A DNA stretch of 32,000 nt. It comes from Candidatus Methylomirabilis limnetica. GTDB lineage: Bacteria; Methylomirabilota; Methylomirabilia; Methylomirabilales; Methylomirabilaceae. This document shows, piece by piece, positions 26,491 through 32,000 of this stretch. Every line of letters begins with the position of its first letter. The stretch's first letter is position 1. Below the pieces are notes generated by a model. The model saw only the letters and a list, made by a program, of their open reading frames with translations. It searched no databases and was not told the origin of the DNA. The stretch is taken from contig NZ_NVQC01000022.1 of NCBI RefSeq assembly GCF_003044035.1, positions 1 through 32,000 of the forward strand, given 5' to 3'. A program made the position numbers and the translations under genes.

Positions 26491-27458
26491 CTTGATCCCC
26501 CTGCTACCTCCCGCGGGGTACCGGTGAGATCCAGGGAGCCAATGAGATCGGTTACACGTTTGATCTTGTGGTCGATTAGATACGCTTCGATCCCATCAAT
26601 GACCCGTGTAGCACTGCTTGGTGAGGTGAAGTTGGCCGTCCCAACCGCCACTGCCGTGGCCCCCGCGATAAGGAACTCGAGCGCGTCGTCCGCCGTCATG
26701 ATCCCACCCATCCCAATGAGCGGCAGCTTCACCGCTCGCGCTACCTCCCACACCATTCGGACAGCGATCGGCCGGATGGCGGGGCCGGAGAGCCCGCCGG
26801 TCACGTTGCCGAGCTTCGGCCGCCGGCTTCGTACGTCGATGGCCATACCGATCAGCGTGTTGATGAGGGAGAGCGCGTCGGCCCCACCCTCTGCCAGCGC
26901 TCTGGCAATCTCAGCAACATCAGTGACGTTCGGGGAGAGCTTTGGAATGAGTGGAAGTCGAGTAGCCTGTCGCACGCGCGCGACCAGTTTGTTGGCCAGC
27001 ACAGCATTGCAGCCAAAAATCAAGCCATCAGCCACGTTGGGACACGAGATGTTCAATTCGATCCCGCTGACTCCCTCCTGATCGCTCAGCCGCTTCGCCA
27101 GCTCAACATAGTCCTCGACCGACTCCCCGGCGATATTGACGATGACGGGGGGCCCAAGCCCGATAAGATAGGGAAGTTTCTCTCTGAGGAAGGCCTCGAT
27201 GCCAACATTCTGAAGGCCGATTGCGTTCAGCATCCCGGCCGGGGTCTCGACAATCCGGGAAGGCTGGGCTCCGACGCGAGGGTGCAGCGTGATGGTCTTG
27301 ACCACGATGGCTCCCAGGCGTGAGAGATCCAGGTACGACTCAAACTCCTGAGCATAGCCGAAAGTCCCGGAGGCGGTCATTACCGGGTTCCGCATGGAGA
27401 TGCCGGCAACAGTCACGCGCAGGTCTGGTCGTTTGACGCGGCTCACGACAGGTTTCAT
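26487..27458 (-). CDS. pyrD: dihydroorotate dehydrogenase catalytic subunit (class 1B)
   Basis: NPVMTASGTFGY, GAIVVKT, ELNISCPN, LIPKLSPN, GADALSLINT, GGLSGPAIRPIA and GMGGI. ATG 27458 overlaps the pabC stop as ATGA. The ORF is open to 27482, but that part is repeat sequence. Confidence 0.92.
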   Translation of the reverse strand: MKPVVSRVKRPDLRVTVAGISMRNPVMTASGTFGYAQEFESYLDLSRLGAIVVKTITLHPRVGAQPSRIVETPAGMLNAIGLQNVGIEAFLREKLPYLIGLGPPVIVNIAGESVEDYVELAKRLSDQEGVSGIELNISCPNVADGLIFGCNAVLANKLVARVRQATRLPLIPKLSPNVTDVAEIARALAEGGADALSLINTLIGMAIDVRSRRPKLGNVTGGLSGPAIRPIAVRMVWEVARAVKLPLIGMGGIMTADDALEFLIAGATAVAVGTANFTSPSSATRVIDGIEAYLIDHKIKRVTDLIGSLDLTGTPREVAGGSR

Positions 27459-28468
27459 GATTTCGCGCCTCGCATCTCGCACCCTTCAAATCCCCCCGTG
27501 CCCCCCTTTCGTAAAGGGGGGGTGGGGGGTTTTGCACCTCGCATCCCTTGTGTCCGCTCTTCCTCCACGGCTGTTCGGTAGCACCTTTGGAGACGTTGCG
27601 TCACAGGGCCGGGGCTTCCGGTACCGATCTTATTGCCGTCGATTGCGACAAGCGGCATGATCTCCTTCAGAGAGCCGGTCAGGAACGCCTCCTCGGACGC
27701 GAGGAGGTCCTGAAGCGGCAGAGGCGCCTCGCGGAGGATCAGGCCCTCCTTTTTCGTGAGCTCGATTACTACTTCCCTCGTAATGCCCGGTAAGAGCCCC
27801 GAGCTTAAGGGAGGGGTTGTCAGCACCCCCTTCGAGAACGAGAACAGATTACTCGTGGCCCCCTCGACGACGCAGTTATCGCGATCGACAAACAGGGCCT
27901 CCTGAGCCCCTTCGCGTTGCGCCTGTACCATCGCCAGCATGTTATAGAGGTAGCCAAGCGACTTGATTTGGAGTGGGTTGAATGGGCTCCCCCAGTGAAC
28001 CATGACCGCGTCGATCCCGACCTGCTGACGTTCGGCGATCCCAGCATACAAGGGCCTGGCGACCAACAGCAGCGTGGGTGAAGGGGGCACGTCGGGAGGC
28101 AGGAGGGAACCGAGCACGTCCGGGCCTCTCGTAACCGTCAACCGCAAAGAGGCATCAGCGGCCCGCAGGCTACTCCGCCGGAGCAGTTGACCCATCACCT
28201 GCCGCCACTCGCCAACGTCATCTTCGAACGGAATCCCGATCTGATCGGCGCCCTTCTTGAGGCGAGCGAGGTGGCGCTCAAGGCCAAAGACCCACCCGGC
28301 ATACGCTCGGATGGTTTCGAAGAGGCCATCGCCATACGAGAACCCGCGGTCGAACGCCGACACCTTCGCCCGCTCGGCCTGCACGTAGCGCCCATTCAGA
28401 TAGACAATTGCGTTCATTGCGTCTTTTGCGGCCATTGCGTTGATTGCGTCCATTGCGTTACGCGGCAC
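27455..28468 (-). CDS. pabC: class IV aminotransferase-fold protein, probably aminodeoxychorismate lyase
   Basis: VSAFDRGFSYGDGLFETIRAY, SNLFSFSKGVLTTPP and LPGITREVV, immediately downstream of pabB. The N-terminus is uncertain (GTG 28468; ATGs at 28453, 28435 and 28417). The C-terminal ~29 aa are repeat-encoded. Confidence 0.75.
   Translation of the reverse strand: MPRNAMDAINAMAAKDAMNAIVYLNGRYVQAERAKVSAFDRGFSYGDGLFETIRAYAGWVFGLERHLARLKKGADQIGIPFEDDVGEWRQVMGQLLRRSSLRAADASLRLTVTRGPDVLGSLLPPDVPPSPTLLLVARPLYAGIAERQQVGIDAVMVHWGSPFNPLQIKSLGYLYNMLAMVQAQREGAQEALFVDRDNCVVEGATSNLFSFSKGVLTTPPLSSGLLPGITREVVIELTKKEGLILREAPLPLQDLLASEEAFLTGSLKEIMPLVAIDGNKIGTGSPGPVTQRLQRCYRTAVEEERTQGMRGAKPPTPPLRKGGTGGFEGCEMRGAKS
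27468..27546. repeat. G-run palindromic element, copy R1
   Basis: CAAATCCCCCCGTGCCCCCCTTTCGTAAAGGGGGGGTGGGGGGTTTTGCACCTCGCA forms a long imperfect hairpin. It lies within the last ~29 codons of the pabC ORF. Confidence 0.85.
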
Positions 28469-28507
28469 GCTATGAACGCGTCACGCTGCACGCAATAGAC
28501 GCAATTA
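28407..28507. repeat. 9-bp-periodic junction cassette X (pabB|pabC)
   Basis: Six units of ATTGCGT(N2) lie at 28407, 28416, 28425, 28434, 28443 and 28452. They are followed by GGCACGCT..CACGCTGCACGCAATAGACGCAAT. A 16-bp inverted repeat pairs 28443-28458 with 28490-28505 (15 of 16 positions). Confidence 0.85.
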
Positions 28508-29932
28508 CCTTCCAAAACCAGCGCCCACGCCGAGGGTCCGAAAGAAGGTTTCGGCCTTTAACAACGTCTCCTCGTACTCTCGTATCGGCGAAGAGTCGGC
28601 CACGATCCCGCCGCCGGTCTGAAAATAGATCCGTCTGCCTGTCACGATGGCCGTCCGGATAGCGACGTTCAGCTCCATCGCGCCGGAGAACCCGATGAAC
28701 CCGATCGCCCCGGTGTAGAGGCCACGAGCCGTTGGCTCCACTTCGTCGATCACCTCCATCGCGCGGATCTTGGGGGCTCCGGTGATGGAGCCGCCAGGGA
28801 AGGTGGCCCGCAAACAGTCGATCGGGTCCGCCCCCTCATCGAGAATGCCTGCCACGGTTGAGACCATGTGGTGGAGGGTGTGGTAGGTCTCGATCGTCTC
28901 GAACTGCTCCACGTGCACAGAGCCGACCCGACAGATCCTACCCAAATCGTTTCGCTCCAGGTCCACGATCATCACATGTTCGGCGCGCTCCTTGGGATCG
29001 CGACGCAGGTGGCCAATGATGCGCGCATCATCCTCTAGCGTCATCCCGCGAGGGTGGGTCCCCTTTATCGGGCAGGTCGAGATCCGATTCCCCTCCACCA
29101 GCAGGAACCGTTCCGGGGAGTTGGACAGCACATGGAAGGGACCACAGTGAAGGTACGCCCCGAAGGACGCGGGGAAGCGGGTCCGAAGGCGCCGGTAGAG
29201 GGCCCAGGGATCGCCCGAAAAGTGAGTAGCGAAGCGCTGCGAGATGTTGGCCTGATAAATGTCACCCGCCGCGATGTATTCCAACACCGCCTCTAGCGCC
29301 TTGAAGTAGTACGCTTTTGACATGTTGCTCTCGAGGGGAGCCTCGGTGTGCGGCAAATCAGGCGGCGTACTACGAGCGATCAGCCGGGCCTGCCGGATCA
29401 AGTCAAGGCCTTCCTGCAACCGCTCCCGAGCTCGCCGCTCCCGGTCGGCACCGGGGGGGAGAGGCAAGCCGGACGAGGTGACGAGAAGCCGTCCCGTTCC
29501 CGGTTCGAACCAGAAGAGGAGGTCGTAGAAATGGATCACGCAGTCCGGAAGCCCAAGGTCGTCCACCGCCACGGCCGGCAGTATTTCGAGGTGGTGTCGA
29601 AGGTCGTAACCGAAGTAGCCGATGGCGCCGGCTGCTGGAAATTCCCGAACATGCGTGATGTCACCAAACTGCCGGAGAAGCGTCTGAAGGTGCCGGAATG
29701 GATCGCCGGTGAGTCGGCTTAGCCTACCCTCCCGCAAGATGGTGATCTCCTGCCCTTTCGCCGAGAAGGTGAGGAACGGATCATAACCAAAGCACGTAGC
29801 CCGCCAGTGATTGGTAGCCCAAGGATCAGCATCCAGGAGACTGGAACCGGGCCGGGCGGCGACCAGACCAAAAAGATCCGCGATGGCGGGCGGATTTGGG
29901 ACTTCCTCTATTATTGCGTCCATTGCGTCCAT
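28505..29932 (-). CDS. pabB: aminodeoxychorismate synthase component I (chorismate-binding, TrpE/PabB family)
   Basis: GDIYQANISQRF, SNSPERFL, IKGT.PRG, ERAEHVMIVDLERND, PGGSITGAPKIRAME, RGLYTGAIG and IRT....GGGIVADS. Confidence 0.85.
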   Translation of the reverse strand: MDAMDAIIEEVPNPPAIADLFGLVAARPGSSLLDADPWATNHWRATCFGYDPFLTFSAKGQEITILREGRLSRLTGDPFRHLQTLLRQFGDITHVREFPAAGAIGYFGYDLRHHLEILPAVAVDDLGLPDCVIHFYDLLFWFEPGTGRLLVTSSGLPLPPGADRERRARERLQEGLDLIRQARLIARSTPPDLPHTEAPLESNMSKAYYFKALEAVLEYIAAGDIYQANISQRFATHFSGDPWALYRRLRTRFPASFGAYLHCGPFHVLSNSPERFLLVEGNRISTCPIKGTHPRGMTLEDDARIIGHLRRDPKERAEHVMIVDLERNDLGRICRVGSVHVEQFETIETYHTLHHMVSTVAGILDEGADPIDCLRATFPGGSITGAPKIRAMEVIDEVEPTARGLYTGAIGFIGFSGAMELNVAIRTAIVTGRRIYFQTGGGIVADSSPIREYEETLLKAETFFRTLGVGAGFGR

Positions 29933-30004
29933 TGCGTCTGTCGCGTCGGTGCGTTCATGGCGTTCATGGCGTTTATTGCGTTTGTGGCACGCTGCACGCG
30001 ATTA
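29913..30004. repeat. 9-bp-periodic junction cassette Y (pyrK|pabB)
   Basis: Eight units with a GCGT core lie at 29916, 29925, 29934, 29943, 29951, 29960, 29969 and 29978. They are followed by GGCACGCTGCACGCGATTAA, which includes the pyrK stop codon. This cassette is homologous to cassette X. Confidence 0.85.
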
Positions 30005-30967
30005 AGGCCAGAGGATGTCGTAACCGTCAAAGACTGGCCCGTCCTTGCAAACGAGGCGGTAGGTCCGACCTGCTTGGCTGGCAGACAGGTCTTGTTCGCC
30101 ACCCTTCACCGGTACGACGCAGCCCATGCAGGCCCCGAAGCCGCAGGCCATGCTCGCTTCCATGGAGGCCTGATAGGGCAGCTCATATTTTTCGGCAATC
30201 GTCGCAAGAGCCGCCAGCATGGGATGCGGGCCGCAGGCGTAAATCCCCCCAACCCCCCTTTTATAAAGGGGGGAACTGGCGGATTTGGGGTGCGAGGTGT
30301 TGAGATACTGCTCCAGCAGTTCGGTCACCAACCCTTTCTGACCGGCGCTGCCATCTTCTGTGGCCACGTGAATCTTTGCGCCGACCCGCTTAAAATCGAC
30401 GGTACACAGCAGATCAGCCTTAGATCTCCCGCCGAGAAAGACGGTCATCTTCGTTTCGCGTGATGCTCGGCGCGTGGCAAGACCCTCAGCAAGGGCGGCA
30501 ATCGGAGGGACACCGATTCCGCCAGCAACCAGGAACACCTCCGTTGCGGAACGTGGAACCTCAAAGCCGTTCCCCAAGGGGCCGAGAGCCCGGAGGGACC
30601 TACCTGGACGCATCGTCGCCAGGAGCGCCGTCCCGCGGCCACACACCTTGTACAAAATCTCTACCTCGCACCCCGGATCGGTGTCCGGGGCAGGCCCCGC
30701 ACGCCAAATCCCCCCGTGCCCCTTAAATCCCCCCGTGCCCCCCTTTGATAAAGGGGGGTTGGGGGGGGTTTTTACACTTCGGATGCTCAAGGCTCGAGGC
30801 AGCAGCGGATCCAGTCCATCTGTACATCCAAGCATGAGAAACTGGCCAGGGCGGAATCTGGCCAGGTATCGAGGGCCAACCAGACGCATCGAAAAGTACT
30901 CCGGTGCGATCTGCCGATTGGACACCACTTCAACTTGGACCTCAGATGCCGTCGCCATTCCCCGCAC
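30002..30967 (-). CDS. pyrK: dihydroorotate dehydrogenase electron-transfer subunit (FAD/2Fe-2S), carrying two in-frame repeat insertions
   Basis: RPGQFLML, LPRALSI, GPLGNGF, VAGGIGVPP, IYACGP and 2Fe-2S motif CGFGACMGCV...VCKDGPVF. The protein is about 45 aa longer than typical PyrK because of the elements at 30236-30298 and 30664-30785. The start is GTG 30967 or ATG 30958. Confidence 0.88.
   Translation of the reverse strand: MRGMATASEVQVEVVSNRQIAPEYFSMRLVGPRYLARFRPGQFLMLGCTDGLDPLLPRALSIRSVKTPPNPPLSKGGTGGFKGHGGIWRAGPAPDTDPGCEVEILYKVCGRGTALLATMRPGRSLRALGPLGNGFEVPRSATEVFLVAGGIGVPPIAALAEGLATRRASRETKMTVFLGGRSKADLLCTVDFKRVGAKIHVATEDGSAGQKGLVTELLEQYLNTSHPKSASSPLYKRGVGGIYACGPHPMLAALATIAEKYELPYQASMEASMACGFGACMGCVVPVKGGEQDLSASQAGRTYRLVCKDGPVFDGYDILWP
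30236..30298. repeat. G-run palindromic element, copy R2 (inverted orientation), inside pyrK
   Basis: AAATCCCCCCAACCCCCCTTTTATAAAGGGGGGAACTGGCGGATTTGGGGTGCGAGGTG is translated in the pyrK frame as KSASSPLYKRGVGG. Confidence 0.85.
30664..30785. repeat. G-run palindromic element, copy R3 (partially duplicated, with extra CCCCGGA/TCCGGGG hairpin), inside pyrK
   Basis: CCTCGCACCCCGGATCGGTGTCCGGGG...AAATCCCCCCGTGCCCCTTAAATCCCCCCGTGCCCCCCTTTGATAAAGGGGGGTTGGGGGGGGTTTTTACACTTCGGA is translated in frame as KTPPNPPLSKGGTGGFKGHGGIWRAGPAPDTDPG. Confidence 0.85.
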
Positions 30968-31030
30968 CCCTCAAATCCCCCCGTGCCCCCCTTTACCAAA
31001 GGGGGGTTGGAGGGGGTTTTGCACTTCGCA
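30962..31030. repeat. G-run palindromic element, copy R4, between carB stop and pyrK start
   Basis: CCGCACCCCTCAAATCCCCCCGTGCCCCCCTTTACCAAAGGGGGGTTGGAGGGGGTTTTGCACTTCGCA. Its end overlaps the pyrK start region. Confidence 0.85.
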
Positions 31031-31056
31031 CATAGGGCAGCCACAAGGGACTGCCC

Positions 31057-32000
31057 CTACGCGCACCCGGCGTCTGAGTGATACTCCTGCAGTGCCTTGA
31101 CCCTCAACGTCCCGTGCTGCATCGCCTGGATCGCCTCCACCGCCGCCTGCGCCGCGGCCATAGTGGTAAAGTAGGGAATGCCCATGGTGATCGCTGTCCG
31201 TCGGATGGAGTAAGAGTCAAGACGAGCATGGTGGCCCTCCGGCGTATTAATGACCAGGCCAATCTCGCCATTCTTCATCTTATCCACGATATGTGGGCGC
31301 ACGCCGTCGATGACCTTGGCCACTGCCTTCACGGTCACCCCGCCGCCTTCTAACGAGGCCGCAGTCCCAGCCGTCGCCACGAGCTGAAAGCCCAGATCCG
31401 CAAGCCGTCGTGCCAGAAGCACGATATGCAGCTTGTCACTATCCCGCACACTCAGGAAGACCGTCCCTTTCAGGGGAAGGGCGCCACTAGCCCCCACCTG
31501 CGATTTGGCAAAGGCCAGCCCGAATTCGCGGTCGATCCCCATGACCTCACCGGTCGATTTCATCTCCGGCCCTAAGAGGGCATCGACTCCAGGAAACTTC
31601 ACAAAAGGCAGGACCGCCTCCTTAACCGCCACATGGCGAAGCTTAGGCTCCTCGGTAAAGCCCAGGTCTTTGAGGCTCATCCCGGCCATGATCTTGGCCG
31701 CCAGTTTGGCTAGGGGGACACCGATCGCCTTGCTGACGAAGGGGACGGTTCGAGAAGCGCGGGGATTGACCTCCAGGACGTAGACTACATGGTCTTTGAT
31801 CGCGAACTGGATGTTGATCAGGCCAACTACCCCAAGCTCCAGCGCCATAGCCTTCGTCTGGACCCGGATCTGATCGAGCAACGGCTGTTGCACTGACCGA
31901 GGTGGCAGAGAACAGGCCGAGTCTCCGGAGTGGACTCCAGCCGCCTCAATGTGCTCCATGATCCCGCCGATCACGACCTCCTGGCCGTCGCACAGGGCAT
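31057..32000 (-). CDS. carB: carbamoyl-phosphate synthase large subunit, C-terminal part (continues beyond window)
   Basis: IMEHIEAAGVHSGDSACSLPP, INIQFAIKD..VYVLEVNPRASRTVPFVSKA.G and the MGS-like allosteric domain (GTVFLSV.D.DK...LA..L...GF.L.AT.GTA). The frame is open to the window edge. Confidence 0.92.
   Translation of the reverse strand, partial: ALCDGQEVVIGGIMEHIEAAGVHSGDSACSLPPRSVQQPLLDQIRVQTKAMALELGVVGLINIQFAIKDHVVYVLEVNPRASRTVPFVSKAIGVPLAKLAAKIMAGMSLKDLGFTEEPKLRHVAVKEAVLPFVKFPGVDALLGPEMKSTGEVMGIDREFGLAFAKSQVGASGALPLKGTVFLSVRDSDKLHIVLLARRLADLGFQLVATAGTAASLEGGGVTVKAVAKVIDGVRPHIVDKMKNGEIGLVINTPEGHHARLDSYSIRRTAITMGIPYFTTMAAAQAAVEAIQAMQHGTLRVKALQEYHSDAGCA

Noticed and set aside
26479-27081. 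200-aa plus-strand ORF; also 29807-30463 (218 aa) and 30474-31100 (208 aa)
   Set aside because: All three are antisense to strongly supported minus-strand genes (pyrD, pabB/pyrK, pyrK). Parts of them are just the palindromic repeats read on the other strand (for example PPFIKGGTGGFG and PPFDKGGLGG).
28407-30004. Tandem short repeats considered as a CRISPR array or integron attC sites
   Set aside because: The units are 9 bp with no unique spacers, so this is not CRISPR. There is no GTTRRRY core, no R''/L'' architecture and no integrase, so these are not attC sites. The repeats are reported instead as a junction-repeat finding.

Overview
This is a 32-kb chromosomal window from a GC-rich, diderm-type bacterium. 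The gene content and the very dense small-repeat load resemble environmental NC10/Nitrospirota-like genomes, but that placement is a guess. I support about 37 protein genes, one tRNA-Gly(CCC), several promoters/operators and one clear terminator. I see no integrase, transposase, phage genes or CRISPR array.

Gene blocks, left to right:
- 3' end of a sigma-54 activator, apparently frameshifted.
- A coiled-coil plus beta-barrel outer-membrane protein.
- cysE with a DUF1858 redox-disulfide protein (minus strand).
- A CCA/poly(A)-polymerase-family enzyme with an HD domain.
- tRNA-Gly.
- A PPi-type phosphofructokinase.
- A DUF4398-like envelope protein.
- folE.
- moaB, pup and a zinc-ribbon protein.
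- An ABC-2 exporter pair.
- A cupredoxin-like lipoprotein, divergent from an NtrC-type response regulator, a histidine kinase and a lipoprotein.
- A sigma-54 promoter driving a CheY-like receiver and a glycine-zipper lipoprotein.
- phnDCEE.
- egtD plus an OpuC/EgtUV-like ABC importer.
- vapBC.
- A DsbA-like oxidoreductase.
- A minus-strand operon: carB-pyrK-pabB-pabC-pyrD-nth.

The most unusual observations:
1. A G-run palindromic ~65-bp element is present four times within 3.6 kb of the pyr/pab operon. Two copies are in-frame insertions inside pyrK, and one forms the C-terminal tail of pabC.
2. 9-bp-periodic repeat cassettes sit exactly at the pyrK|pabB and pabB|pabC junctions and supply the stop and start codons. 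pabBC splits the normally adjacent pyrK/pyrD pair.
3. A canonical Pup gene ending in GGE is embedded in a moaB operon with no pupylation or proteasome genes nearby.
4. egtD (hercynine synthase) lies directly upstream of a fused permease/binding-protein quaternary-amine ABC transporter.
5. Inverted arrays of GCTGANN heptamers and other MITE/REP-like families fill the intergenic regions.

Everything here comes from reading the sequence and ORF translations by eye. No database searches were run, and start codons are approximate.
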